Source: Amphiscolops sp. MND2022 (Eukaryota). From it: 64,000 bases of DNA. This document shows, piece by piece, positions 24,474 to 37,418 of the stretch (positions are counted from its first letter, which is position 1; every line of letters begins with the position of its first letter). The notes beneath the pieces are model-generated. The model searched no databases. It was not told where the DNA came from and saw only the letters and a program-made list of their open reading frames with translations. The stretch covers positions 3,348,001 through 3,412,000 of the forward strand of contig OZ076416.1 in NCBI GenBank assembly GCA_964187785.1. Reading direction: 5' to 3'. A program made the translations under genes and the position numbers.

Positions 24474-27400
24474 TTAATATCTATATGAGTCTGAGTAGTT
24501 TGGGTTAGGGTTTGGGCGTAGGTTATATTTTTCGCCTCTTGTGTTAACAGTTTCTTCAGCTTCTTTTGCGTCATTTTCTGGGTTGTTTTCAGGAGTTTTT
24601 GGGGAATTTTGGGTAGGGATTTCTTGAATATCTTCTGGATTTCTGGAAGTTTCTGGTATGGGCTCATGATTTTCATTTTCGGGAGAAGTTTTTTCGGTTA
24701 TTTGGGGTTCTTTGTCGTTCACAGCAGGTTGTCCTGCTGGGATCCCCCCACTATTTTTTAAATTATCGAGGGAGGGAGGGTGGTATATTTTTGGTTGAGA
24801 AGTAGGTTCATATTCCACCAATTCTTCTTGTTGATCACAGCTTTCGTGGTCAGGATCGAATGGACTACTGCCAAAATTACTGTCCCAAGCATGGGCATAT
24901 AAATCATCTTGAGAGACAAGTGTATCTTCTTTTTGCCAGTCAGTTTCTCTGACAAAATTGTCTGCGAGAGGAGCCTGTGGAGTGTATTTTCGTAATCGAA
25001 TGCGGTGGAGTAGTTAGGTTTTATTTGTGCCCAATCTGCGAACAATATAATTATTGTTCGGTAGGACTTTTTCAATTTTATAAGGACCTACCCTACGAAA
25101 TTCACGAAAGGGTATCTTCGTTGCTTGTGTGTCAGCTTTTGGATTCAGGATAAAGCAATAATCCTCTGTCGTTAGAGGTGAGGCCTTTGCTTTCCTGTCG
25201 TAATAAGCTTTATATTTGAGGTAGGATTGCATGATATTTTTCTTTGTTTGCTCGTGGAGTAATGCAATCCTTCTTTGTACTTCTTCTGCTACCTCAGTTT
25301 GAGGTTGGAAGCGGGGATTTGGGTTATATCCGAGTTTAAAATCTAAGATATTGTGTGGAATTCTTCCATGGAAGACCCGTGTAGGTTCACATCCGAGTGT
25401 TGCATGATAGGTTGTATTATGGTTTAGGACTGCTAATGGTAGAAACTTGTGCCAATTGTTCCTGAATTCTCCAGTGGCTGCCTTGAGGTGCGCTTTGACT
25501 GATGCATGAGTACGTTCTAACAGTCCAATTGTTTGGGCATGTTTCGTCGTCGCATGTTTCAGTTCTATGTTTAAGACTGCAGCTACTTCTTTTGTAACCT
25601 GAGAATTAAATTGAGTGCCCATGTCGGTGATGATTGTTGTGGGTAGATATGTGTGTTTACACAAAATGTCCATGATGATTTTTGCCACTGCTGGAGCAGT
25701 GATTCTCGTGACTGGATAGGCAAACAAATAGCGTGAGAACACGTCTATTGCAGTGATAATATTGTCATAACCTCCGCTTGGTGGGAGATTGGGAAGGATG
25801 TCCATTTGTAGAATGTCTTCTGGGCCCAAATCCCATTCAGGGCAGTTTAGTAGTTCCGTTTTAAGTAAGTCATTGTTGATCCGTTTGTTTTGGATGCACA
25901 TTTGACATTTTGTTACCCAGTTTCGGATATATTTGGCGATGCAGGGGTAGTAGTATTTTTGTCGTGCTTCTTGAATCATTTTAGTTATTCCTGGATGATT
26001 TGCATTATGACCATGAAGGGCATGGAGGACTTCATCTAGGAGTTGTTTGGGTAGAAGAATTTGGTAATGGGATATCAACCCAGTGTCATTGTAGTATCTT
26101 CTTGTTAGGACATCTTGCTTGATTTCAATCCTCGTGATGTTTTGTAGATAATGTTTGTATCGGTAGTCTTGTGTGAATTGGGTTTCGTCGAAGGGTTCGC
26201 CTTCAATTTTGGCTCTCAAATTGCGTAGAACTTCATCATTGTTTTGTTCTAAACGTATTTTTGCATTGTCTTTGAAGTGTCCCTCCCTATAGTTGATGGT
26301 TCCCGCAGTGGGCTTGTGGAAGGTTTGGAGTTCAGACACTTCATTTTCTGGTTCATTGTGGGTTTCGGTTTTTGCTGATTGACGAATTGCTTCTTTTTCT
26401 TCCCATAATTGTTGTTCTGTGGGGCATTCACCAGGGAGTATATATAGGAGTTCCTCTTCGACGACCCCAGAGGACTGTATGTTAACTTCTATTGCTTTTG
26501 TATTGACATCATTGCGGATGTTCATTTCAAGTTTTTCTGTAGGGTTCCATTCAGCTCGCGATAGGAAGTCTGCAGCCGTATTCATGGCTCCGGCGACATG
26601 TGCAATGACGAAGTTGTATTGGAGGACGTAATCGCATGCGTTCCAAAGAGCCGGAGGAATGATTTTTGTTTGGAAAAAGCGTGTTACGGATCTGTTATCT
26701 GTGAAGACGATAACAGGGAAGACGCTTCCCCACATTAAGTGTCCAAATTCAGAAAACGCAAAATAGATTGCTAGGAACTCTTTTGCGTATATTGACATTT
26801 TCAATTGGGTTGTGTTAAAAGTTTTTGAACCGAAGGCTATTGGAGCATAGGTTTTTCTTCTAGATTGTAGCTTTTGGTCGGGGTCATCTTCAATCATGAT
26901 TGCATATCCTGCAGCTGTGAAGCTGGCATCGGTCATCAATATGAGTTGTTTATTTTTAATCGGTTGTTTGAGAGCAAGTTTGCATGATTGTTCCAGTTGT
27001 TGGTTGAGATTTTTGAATGCTTCTAGAATTGTATCCGGAATGGAAAATTGTGATGTTTGTTTGTGCAATTTGAAAAAAAGGAGTTAGTTTTTCTGGTAGG
27101 CGAGGGATGTAATTTCTGTAGTTGTTGAGAACCCAATATATCTTTGGAGTGCTTTTTTGGATTTCGGAAATTTAAGTTTTTGAAGGAATTGTTTGACTTT
27201 TTCGGTTTGGGGTGAGACTCCTTGTGGGGTAATTGTTCGACCCAAGAAGTCAACTTGTTTGACTCCGAAATGGCATTTGGCCATCGTAAGCTTGAGTCCT
27301 GCTTTGCGTATGCATTCAAAGACTGTTTTAATGTTGATGCAAAGTTGGGTAGAATCATTTGCAGCGATGCCGATGTCATCAACATATTGAGCGCACTGAT

Positions 27401-29468
27401 CAGCTTTGATTGCCTTGTCCAAATATTCTCTCATAAAGGATGAGAAAGCAGACAGGGATCGGCTGAGTCCTTGTGCGAGGCGACGATATGCGAATGTTCG
27501 GCTCGCGAAGTTAAAGGCTAGCATCTGTATGGACTGATAGTCTGCCATTTGCAAACAATGGTATGCTTGAGAGCAATCGAGTTTGCAAAAAAGTTTTTTA
27601 CCAGCCATATGTTGTGCTGCATCTGACAACGTGCTAACTGGGTGATTGTTGTTCACGTAGTCTTGAGTGATGAGGTTGTTGATTTTACGGAGGTCCACCA
27701 AAAGTCGAAGACGTCCATTTGGTTTCCTCTGAGCAAAAATAGGGCTTGCGTATTTAGAGAACGGTAGGGTCGTGATGATTCCATAACGATGAAGAAGGGC
27801 CAGTTCAACAGTTATGTCGTCCTTGAGGTTGATGGGAGTAGGAAGACTTTGACTGTAGGCTGGTCGGTCATCATTCGGAGTCAGTTTGACCTTGAATTCT
27901 CTATTGGTACCTATATCAAAACGATGTCTAGCGAAGATGTCGTGATTTTGTACCAGAATGTCTTCTATGTGCTGTTTTTCGAATGGGCTCAGGGTGGTGT
28001 CTGTCCAGTCGAAGTGACTGAGAAATTTCCTTCTTGATTCTTCGTTGTCGTTTGGGTTTAATTGTTCTAGTTGTTTGAGTTCTAGTAGTTCATCATATAT
28101 GCGTTGTTGTATTGGAGTATATGTGTCTGGATCCCCAGGTTCTTCAGGCGTTGGGAACCAGTAAGTTTCTTGTTCGTCTGATGATTGATTTGTTTTCATC
28201 AATTGGTTGAGGTATAGATCTGTGTTTTCTATGTGTTGGTGCATCATGAATGTGAGGGTTGATGGATCAACAGGTTTGATGTGTTTAATCTGTTCGGGCG
28301 TGAGGACTCGGAAATCTGCCATGTGTGTATCCGTTGGGATGGTGTAAGGCATATCCGAAAAGTTGATCACTTGGTAGCCCACTGCATTGTTATTAACCGT
28401 ACTCAGTGAAGATGCAATAAAAATATTTTCGTGCTCTTCCATGTGTGAAGACGGAGTTACAATGCCTGTGGCATTGTGGTCTATCAGGTGTGGCATTTTG
28501 CTGGAGATTGCAAGGGTTTCTCCAGGTTGTAGAGAATATGAAGTTTCTGTTAGAAGAGGTGTTGTTGTTCGGGTATTTATTGTGTGATCTGGCCGTAGTT
28601 GCATGGACAAGTACGGGAAGGTAATAATCCCCTGTCGGATATCAAACATAGCGTTGTGTCTTTGTAGGAAACACAGGCCGATTAATGGGTTGGGTAGCAC
28701 CTTCATGACGATGAAGTTTTCTTGAAATTGGAAGTCTGCTACTTCAAATTGGAGTAAGACGGTGCTGATAGGTCGCTCAAGTTGACCATTGGCTACCATG
28801 ATTTGAAAGTTGGGTGCTGGACCAGTATCTTTTATGGCTTCGTTTGAAAGGAGCTGTATTTTGTTAAGGTCTTCTTCAGAGATGGCGCTCGTGAGTCCGC
28901 CGGTATCAATGAGTCCATCCAGAGTTAATTTCTCGAAATCCATTGGGAAATAGTACATATGACGCTTCTTTTTGAGGGTAAGATTTGTAGAAAGGTTTAG
29001 GTTTGCGACGTTATTACCTTCATCTGTTATGAGGTGGTTAAAAACGTCAGCATCAAGGAGGGGTTGTTTTCCATGAGACGCACTGAAGAGGGTTTTGGTT
29101 AATTCTGATGTGATGTCATCGTCAGTTTGGGTTGTCGATGTAGATTGTACGTTTGATTGGTCAGTTTGTGTGTCTTGGGGTTGTGAGATTGTGGGTTGTT
29201 GATTTTGTATTTCGGTTTCAATTTCGGGTTCGAATATATGTCGTAGTAGATAATTATCTGGGGCATCTTTGAGTAAGTCATAGAGATCTTCCGTTGGGGT
29301 GTTTGGAATGGTATTTCGGGTGTCTGTAGTGTGAGAGTCGTTTTTATTAGTGTGGTGATCAAAGACTGTGGTTTTTATTGGTTTTGGGCTCTGCTGATGC
29401 TGCCAGTCATCAGTTGAGAGTTGTTTTTGTGGTGTTTCGGTTTGAAGGCGTGGCTTTATTAGTTTAAA
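24474..29468 (-). pseudogene. pol: Element B pol (PR-RT-RNase H-IN) with a 1-nt deletion near 27130 and a stop at 25014-25016
   Basis: LIDTG protease; YASPIF...LVDLRKIN, KLDCSQAY, YVDD (RT); TDAS, KEFLAI, TDN (RH); H..H...C..C, QMD, TDMG, LERT (IN). Flanking frames restore YIGFLN.YRNYIP and T(Q)LLHRIRLRKY. Confidence 0.93.
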
Positions 29469-31126
29469 TCCTTCGATGTTGAAGGTTTAGGGTTGCGGGG
29501 GTTGATTGGTTTGTTTGATTTTTTATATTCTTCGATTAGTTTTTTCTGGGTTTCAGTGAGTGTCCATTTAGGAGGACGATTGTCAATGTTTGCTCCGAAG
29601 TAACAGTTTGTTTCTTCGTGACCAGGGGTGTTACAATGGGCACATCTTGGTGCATCTGGGTCTTGATCCATTTTCTGTCGTTTTGCAAGTTTTGGGCACT
29701 CTTTTGCTATGTGGCCTTCATCCTTGCAATATCGGCATTGGTTATCTTGGAGTGTGTTGTTGGGTACTGTGTTTGGAGCTTTAGTTTTTGTTTTTGTGTT
29801 TTGTGGGGGTGTTTTAGTGTTTTGTGTGTTGTTTTGTTGTTTGACTGCAGTCATTTGGGTTTTCACTAGGGGCTCATCTGCTTCGAGTCCATTGAGCTCC
29901 ATCTCTCTTTCTAGATGTTTCACTATTTGTTCATAGGTACCGTTTTCGAGGTAAGCCTGGTTGATTGATTTTTTGAGATGAGGGGGCATTTTTGCATATA
30001 TCAGGCTCTCAATCATCTGTGGTGCTGCTTCACCAAAAGCTTTTTCAGCGCTTTCTTGGAGGTCTTCAAGAAAGTCGGGTAGTTTTTGGTTTTCTGGTTG
30101 GAACATAAGTCTGTTAAATCTGTGTTTTGCTGAGGCGCTGGATTCGGGCTTAACATATTTCCTCCTGAAGACTACTAGTATGTCTTCAAGTGTTGTTGTC
30201 GGAGTTCTTTGAATGTTTTTGAAAGTTTTCAATGCTAGTCCTCTTAGATGAGCATGGAAATGGTTGATTTTCATGTCCTCCGTGAGGTGTGGTTGCATTT
30301 TGAGTGTTGTGTGGAAAAGGTCTTCGAAATACTCGAACTTTTCATTTTTCTCTAATTTCCCGTTGAAAGTCAGCGTATTCTTCGGGTGGAAAAGAGATGG
30401 TTCAGTGTTTCTTCGTGCAAGATTTTCGATTGCTATGGCAATTTGACTGACGGGATCTGTTTGCTCAGGATGCTCGAGAAGAATTTGTGCGTGTGGTCCT
30501 TGTGTATTTGTGATGTTGGAGTTAGTCGAACTTTGTCTCAGAATGTTCTTGGTAGGTCCTGTCACCATGTGATGATCGGCCTTCTCTTGTCTGTTTTCAT
30601 TTATAATGATGGATTCGTCCAGTGTGTTTTCAGTAATCCCAAGGGGAGTGTATGGTTGTCTTAATTCACTCATTTCAGATGGATAGAACCGATCATCCTG
30701 ATTCTTATTTTTGTCTAGAGCTGTGTTTGATGCGTGTTTGTTTCTGAGACCCTTATTTTTAGAGTTAGAAGGACCAGGTTGGTTATTCTCGGCATCCTCT
30801 TCATCAGTTATTACTATGTAGTTTTTGTTTGTTCTAATCTCCTTAAGTATCTCTTCAAATTTGTTATTTAGATGCTCTTCAATCTGCGACATCTTGTCGT
30901 TGTTCTGTTCTGTTAGTCTTTGCGAAATAACTTCTATCTCATTGCTTATTTGAGACGGTTCTGTTAGTTCACTGCCTAAGTTCCTGTCAAAAATACTGTT
31001 AACATTTTCAGAAACATTATTTAAAGTCGCATTACCTTGTGCGAAACTAGTTTCTGGTGTATTTTCGTCTCTGTCTGAAGACTGAGATGTAGTTCTTCTT
31101 GTCCTTCTATTCCTTCTGTTCCCCAT
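29459..31126 (-). CDS. gag: Element B Gag (555 aa)
   Basis: Capsid-like core (FNG...FEYFEDLF...KINHFHAHLRGLA); two CX2CX4HX4C knuckles CRYCKDEGHIAKEC and CAHCNTPGHEETNC. Confidence 0.92.
   Translation of the reverse strand: MGNRRNRRTRRTTSQSSDRDENTPETSFAQGNATLNNVSENVNSIFDRNLGSELTEPSQISNEIEVISQRLTEQNNDKMSQIEEHLNNKFEEILKEIRTNKNYIVITDEEDAENNQPGPSNSKNKGLRNKHASNTALDKNKNQDDRFYPSEMSELRQPYTPLGITENTLDESIIINENRQEKADHHMVTGPTKNILRQSSTNSNITNTQGPHAQILLEHPEQTDPVSQIAIAIENLARRNTEPSLFHPKNTLTFNGKLEKNEKFEYFEDLFHTTLKMQPHLTEDMKINHFHAHLRGLALKTFKNIQRTPTTTLEDILVVFRRKYVKPESSASAKHRFNRLMFQPENQKLPDFLEDLQESAEKAFGEAAPQMIESLIYAKMPPHLKKSINQAYLENGTYEQIVKHLEREMELNGLEADEPLVKTQMTAVKQQNNTQNTKTPPQNTKTKTKAPNTVPNNTLQDNQCRYCKDEGHIAKECPKLAKRQKMDQDPDAPRCAHCNTPGHEETNCYFGANIDNRPPKWTLTETQKKLIEEYKKSNKPINPRNPKPSTSKDLN
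29462..29468 (-). promoter_or_regulatory. -1 ribosomal frameshift heptamer U_UUA_AAC joining gag and pol of element B
   Basis: gag ends GAT TTA AAC TAA; the -1 frame from this site stays open into the protease ORF at 28958. Confidence 0.8.
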
Positions 31127-31281
31127 GTTGAAAACAGTTTTGATTGAAGAAAATCTTTGAATTTCAAAGATATAGGGTGAAATGAAAGTTGGGAATTATT
31201 TTACAGAAAAGAGAACTGTAAATTCAGAAACTGCAAAGTTGTTTGGGTTTGAATTTGAACAACTGTTCTGTTCGAGTGTTA

Positions 31282-32390
31282 TGTTGCGAAGGATCGTGGA
31301 AAAATGATTTTTAAGGGGGGCCTTCTCAAGTGATTTTATTGGGCGGTATTTTTAGTTGCATGACCATCAAATTTACTCAAATCATCATAACGTCATATAT
31401 CTAGGGTCAAATGTTAAAAACATGATATTACGTCAGACTCCTGGAAGGTCTAAATATAGCACTGGGACTCACAACAGCTTAACACTAAGAATTCTGCAAA
31501 TTATGCTGTTTTACATCATAATGCAGTATATGCAGTCTTATGAAATCCTCATAATGCAGTATAATTTTACCAACTGAAATAAGAATCATTATGCTGTTTT
31601 TCAGTTAAAACTTCATACTGTTTTTGTCAAGTTTCCGCATATGCTGCTCCCATATTGAAACGTCATGCTGTTTCCACGGGATTTCCGCATATGCTGTTTC
31701 CAATCTGAACCGTCATGCTGTTTCTGCTAGATTTCCGCATATGCTGTTTTTAACTCAAGTCGTCATGCTGTTTTTGTTGAATTTCCGCATAATGCAATAC
31801 AAAGCATGAACTACACTGCGCATATAATCATTATGCTGTTTCTTTAATAAAATCGCATATGCTGTTTCTTTAATAAAACCGCATATGCTGCTTCATGAAA
31901 ACCGCATAATGCCGCATAATCAGTACCAAATAGATGTACTAGATCATTATGCTGGTTTCTAAATGAATCATCATACTGTTTTTGATCATTTTCTTCAAGA
32001 TTGAACTACAAACGCTCTGATGTGGTACAGATATATAAGACCATTGGATTTAATTCCTTTCTATGTTTTAGGATGGTAAAACAAAGGTTTAGCACTGTAT
32101 TGGTAACTTAGGTGTTACCTTTCCAGTTATTTTTCAATTAATCAAAGCACCTTATGGGTGAAACAATAACGACAGTAACGACATTCAACAATCATCATTT
32201 TAGATGAAATGTACAAACGAAAGCAACATTTTATTAAACGAACAATAACCAACATTGTTTAAGTTTAAATTTGAAATGTTCATTAAGTTCCTGTCCATAT
32301 TCGGGTAGACAGCTACAATGATGGGTGAACAGCGTTGACTGCTTCACTGATGTTGCATCCCGGACATCTCGCACGGGTAGGTCGGCGACA
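31282..32390 (-). repeat. Element B 5' LTR (1109 bp)
   Basis: Direct repeat of 16385-17493; homology stops exactly at minus-strand TGTCGCC (32390), beyond which the sequence is AT-rich host DNA. Confidence 0.7.
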
Positions 32391-32574
32391 TTACATTAAT
32401 AGCTTGTTCGTATGAATGAAAACTAACGCTTCCTATGCACAGCATTGGGAGGTTTATGATTAGCATTGAGTAACTTAATTAAACTAGTGTCAGTATATTG
32501 TTTGTGAGCTTCACTATGATACACACTAATTGGGGGTGTAAGGCTGTCTATTTTTTTTCTGTGATACAAAATAC

Positions 32575-32727
32575 GGACCCTGTCATCTATTCCCCCTCCA
32601 AACTGCGACGGGGGGGGGAATAAGACAGAAGGTTCAAATACCAATATGTCGACATCGTTTGCGTTGAATGTTTGGTCCAATGAAATAATTGATGTCAACA
32701 TAATCCTATCCATTACATTGACTGTCA
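32575..32727 (-). repeat. Dispersed hairpin-ended repeat, inverted homolog of 4265-4407
   Basis: Shares AAGGTTCAAATACCA.TATGTCGACATCGTTTG and TGTC.TCTATTCCCCC...GGGGGGAATAAGACA; a further hairpin-end fragment lies near 32990-33025. Confidence 0.65.
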
Positions 32728-33331
32728 GTCGCTCATTAGATTTTATAGCGGACAAAATTTGCGCTGAAATAGGAGCCTTTTCATACGATTTCAGCTTAAT
32801 CCAAACGTGAAGTTCTGCTATTTTGGCAATAATATCTTGAAATTATGGTAAGTTTTTTGCCTGAAGTGTCCAAACAGTTGTAGAGACAGTCCTCTAAGTA
32901 TTTACATTCATATAATATTCTCTTATTAGTGAAATATTTTTATTCAAGAACAAAATGTGCGTGCTTTCGTGTTGGGGGATATTCCCAACAAGGTGTACCT
33001 GGGGGGGGATAGATGACATGGTCCCAAAATACTAATCCGGATTTTCACATCATAGAAACCTTGAAAATATTCTCAGATTACTTGAGACTATGGACAGATT
33101 CACATTCTAACTTTCTGATTTGCAACACAATGAGTAATAACTGAGAAAAAAACATTGTTAATTCAAAATATCATCAACAAATCTTCTTGTCATAATTTCC
33201 AATTTTATAATTTTCAATGCGACAAAAAACTAATAGTAAATTTTCGTTTGTAACAGCGCGTTTCTATATTTAAACAATGCCAAATGCTTCAACGCCAAAA
33301 CAGCACAAATTCCCGTTATTTTATAACTTGA

Positions 33332-34216
33332 ATGATTGTCAATAGACGAAAATTCTCCGGACAACTGGTCCTGTTTTCAATCATGTTATTCATCATCTCC
33401 TGTTTTATTATAATGTTATATAAGGCTACTTCACTTCCAGAGGTAAAAGCCCGGAATTTCCAGGGATCGCTGATTCAGGATGCAGTTCTACACTCACCTT
33501 CCGGAGTTTATTCCGGATGTTCCGAACAAATTTCCCACAAAATCACAATTCTTTCTTTCGGCATAAACTCGCAATCTCGAAGTTTCCTGAACAAACATCA
33601 TTTTCCAGATATCATCAACCTTATAAACGCGGATGATTTAAATTCGGTGTGTTCAATTGAAAACAGAAATAATTTAATTATTTGCGCGTCTGAATTTTTC
33701 GCCAACAATTGCCCGAAAAGTTGGTTTTACGGTATCATCAACGGTGAAACTTATTTGAACCCGAAAATGGTCAAAGATTTGCTGGACGAAACATTTAAAT
33801 CACAAGGCGGTGGTTTTTTGATTTTTGACAATGGAAGATTAAACTCTAACAAAGATAACGAACCATGTTTCGCGGTTTTTATGGACTTACGGGCAGTTCA
33901 GAAAATTCCAGTAGCTCGTTATCTTCATCATAACGCGACAGAATCGCTCGGTTTCGGAACCCAATTCGTCCATTACATAATATCACAAAAAGGTTCCGAA
34001 GTGAATGTGTTCGAGTCGTCGGATTTGGTGAAACAGCTGCCGACGAATAATTGTGAGCGAACGCGATTGGTTGCGATTCAAGATGTGCAGAGATGGCAGT
34101 ATGATCAACTTTACCTTATATGGTTGAATTCCGAGTACCAGTGCATCGGAGACAAGGCCCGAGAACGAAGGAAACCTCTGGCGAAGATTGATAAGTTTGA
34201 CTGCGGTTGTAATTAG
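33332..34216 (+). CDS. Intronless host gene, type II membrane protein with GT31 (Fringe/C1GALT1/B3GT)-like fold lacking the DxD motif
   Basis: Basic N-tail (RRK) plus hydrophobic anchor LVLFSIMLFIISCFIIMLY; SWFYGIINGETYLNPKMVKDLL resembles GT31 WF.KADDDTYV...L..LL; C-terminal LVAIQDVQRWQYDQLY resembles the GT31 last helix. Confidence 0.55.
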   Translation: MIVNRRKFSGQLVLFSIMLFIISCFIIMLYKATSLPEVKARNFQGSLIQDAVLHSPSGVYSGCSEQISHKITILSFGINSQSRSFLNKHHFPDIINLINADDLNSVCSIENRNNLIICASEFFANNCPKSWFYGIINGETYLNPKMVKDLLDETFKSQGGGFLIFDNGRLNSNKDNEPCFAVFMDLRAVQKIPVARYLHHNATESLGFGTQFVHYIISQKGSEVNVFESSDLVKQLPTNNCERTRLVAIQDVQRWQYDQLYLIWLNSEYQCIGDKARERRKPLAKIDKFDCGCN

Positions 34217-34685
34217 TTCTACATGGTGATAGTTGCAAAAATATATATTATACACTAGTTTTACTTTAAGTGAAGCAACTTTACACATTAAGTGAATCGG
34301 CAAATGAAAATGAGTCGTATCTTAACCATAGCGCCGCTAATATTCCACAATGAGTGAAATAATATCAATTTAAGTGAACCCTTGCAGCGAACGAAGGAAA
34401 ATGACGCGATACAATTTCGGTACAAATGAATTAAATTCCAATTTGAATGAATCAATCGCCGAGAATATCTTCTTTCAGTAGGCAGCATCGAGAAGGAAAA
34501 CTTGAACAGTGATGAATAAGCCTTTTGCGATCAACAGCAACTAGTTTTGTTCTCATGGTCAAATCTTCATTTAAAATGATTCTCTATTCAGATTAAATTG
34601 CGATGGGTTGACTAGAATTTTGATTGGCTTTCGAACGTTTGTTAACTCTTCTCTAAAATCATTGAAATCTAATTTGGTCCACATG

Positions 34686-35598
34686 CAGTACTGTGATTAA
34701 GAAATTGTCCCCCTATGCCATTCTCACCCTAGTTGGGACTGCTTGAACTTTTTACATGCTGCAGGCCTGCGTGCAGGGTAGATTTCTATAAAAACTAGAA
34801 AATTCAGTAAGGTTACCGTGGTTAATCTTGTAGAATTACACTGCATTGTCCTTTACTGCAATTGAATTCGAAAATATTTCCCTCTTCTTCAGGGACATGA
34901 TCACATCGTATTCACACATTAATTTCTCAAATACTCATCTCATTTAATCACCGCTCCTCAAACAGAACGCTGAAGATGACGCTAATTTATTGTTTACATT
35001 GTGAATGAAGTTAATTTGCATTAAAATATGTTGACCTCCCAGGGGCATTTAAAATATGAAGTGATGCATAATAAACTTACAGAAGTTCACGGTTTGAAAT
35101 TGCCGCCAAACATTTGATGATTCTTCCAAGCAGCTTGACAAAAATAGATGCCAACAGGGAAATATTAAAGCGTTAAAGTTTCCGTAAGGGATTTAGAAAA
35201 TTATTGAAAAGGTTGCTGGAAACTTCAAAGAAGATATAAAAAGTTTAAGCAAGTTCAACGATTGAACCTGATAATTCGGAAACGGTTGATCATTCTTGAA
35301 ATCAAAACAAATCAATGAATTCACGAGATTTGTGGGATTTCATTGAGCATAAAACTTGCCGAAAAAGTGTGAATAAAGCGGTCAAAAATTGGAAAAACGG
35401 CAAAACGTCCCAATTTTGCTCAAAAAACCAGCAACTTGTACATTTCTCAATTTCTGTCTGAGAATTTTTTTAAAATACTAATGTAAACTAGATGAAATTC
35501 TACGATACTTTATTTTGATGTTTTTCGGAATATCCAACCGATTTCCAGAAAATCGAGCCTAAAATCGTCCGGGGGACGTTTTGCTAATCACAGTACTG
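34686..35598. mobile_element. Non-autonomous Tc1/mariner/pogo-like element, about 913 bp
   Basis: 28-bp imperfect TIRs CAGTACTGTGATTA(AG/GC)AAA(TT/AC)GTCCCCC; TA on the right flank and TG on the left; internal sequence homologous to 62150-62700. Confidence 0.7.
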
Positions 35599-35705
35599 TA
35601 GTTTGGAAATTATTTAGGAAATTGGTTTCGTTTAAGTCGTTTTCAATTGACTGTCAACGCCGCTTCGGTATTGAATCAAATTGGAAACATCTTCATTTGT
35701 TTTTA

Positions 35706-37408
35706 TTTCTGGTGTAATAGCTTCTCATATACTAAGAGAATGCTTCTTTCTCTCAAGAAATGAAATATGAACTACTCAAATTTTCAGTCGGCCTGGTCAG
35801 TTAACTAATAGGCCCGACAATTGCACTGACGTTTACTTTTCGTTAAAATCATAATTTTAAAAGCCTTTTATTTTACTTGAAAAGTTGTCGCCATTGAAAC
35901 TGAAAAATAAATGATCGTGAAACTGGCGTCGTAATTCCAAAAGATTTGAGTTCGGAATTTTTAAAAACGTTTTCTAACCGAACTAGCCAAATTTCTCGAA
36001 AGTAGCCCCGAAATCGGCGCCGAAGGAGGTGTCTGAAGCAAGACGTTCGAAGAAACGAAAAAGCTATTGGATAACTTTCCGATATTCCGACACCAGCAAA
36101 AACTTTTAGTTGAAACGTTTTTTTCTGTTTTCAAAATAATTTCAATTCTTGTTTCTTAGAGTTTTTTAAGGTAGATACTAACCAAGGTACAATGTTACCC
36201 AGACGTTTTCGGCTCATCAAAATAATCGACATGGTCACACTCGTACTGTTGCTTATCTTGGTCTAATGAGATATCTGAATTAAGTCGATTAATCTGACAA
36301 ATGTTTAATTTGACAAATGTAACTGTAAATTTATTTCTGAAGCGTACAGCCACTCTTGGAAAGTGGGGAACCAGAGTTTCATTCGAAAAAAAAATAATTT
36401 TACAAAAAATTCAGCAATCTTTCTGAAATCAATTCGTTTCAAGTTTTGTCTTCAATGCTTATTCTTTTGAATCCAGAGACGTTAATATTGGATCGAAATT
36501 TCATGTTACCGTGTTGTTACTGAATCACGTTGTATTTTTAATTCGATGTTTTTAAATTAGTATATATTTTTTTTCAATAAAATCGCGCTAATTTTGTGAC
36601 ACGTTTTCATTGAAAAGTCTTATTTGAGCTGCTTTTTGGTCACCCATAGAAGTGCAGTAGACAACAGAAAATAACAAAGGAATAAAACGACAAGATGCTC
36701 TTTGGAAATGTCAGATGTGTTCATTTACTGCGAAAAAGTTTTGACTGCCGGAAAATGATGAAACTATGCTCTTCAGACGTAAACAAACTCCAATTTAATT
36801 GGAACACGTGTTTTAAAGGCACCATCAGATTTTCCAATCATGCAATTTTCAACATGACCGTTTTTGCTGTGCGACAAGGAATCAATGTCTGAAGCTCGTG
36901 AATGCAATCGATGACGTTAACAATTTGTGGTGATGTTGTTAATGAGCAAAACTTAGGAAATCCGTGAATCGAAGTTTCAAATTGCGGCATTCTTCCTATG
37001 ACCGCAGCAGATTTTTGGGCCTGAATACTTAGTTGTGTTTTTGTTATATATTACAATATTTTCGAACACGACAGAACAGAACAGAACAGAACAGAACAGT
37101 TAATTCGATTGGATATACATGACACATAAAAACAAGATGACTTTCATATGAATGTAACTAGAACGTATCCAATCAGGACACTAAAAGAGCAGACTTCTCG
37201 TCAAGTCCCAGCCCTTAGAAACCGATAAGTTGATGAATAAGGTAGAAGCAACTATTTTTTTCTACAGAAAACAGATCAAAGATTTTGGCATGATCTTTCT
37301 CATATCGAATATTATTTCCATACTCAAAAAAACAATCATAATACCTCTCTATTGTCACGTTTTTACACACGATTTTCAAACTCTGGCAACGGCACTCAAA
37401 GTTTTGAC
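35706..37408. repeat. Left copy of a 1703-bp host-sequence duplication flanking element A2
   Basis: Same length as 56589-58291, about eight substitutions seen by eye; includes an (ACAGA)5 microsatellite at 37071-37095. Confidence 0.95.
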
Positions 37409-37418
37409 TAGACCTAGA

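Larger units (their letters stand above)
16385..32390 (-). mobile_element. Element B: 16-kb Ty3/Gypsy LTR retrotransposon with two extra genes between pol and the 3' LTR
   Basis: 1109-bp direct repeats at both ends; gag with two CCHC knuckles; PR-RT-RH-IN order; the LTR motif ATGCTGTTT/CCGCAT recurs in the internal region. Confidence 0.8.
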
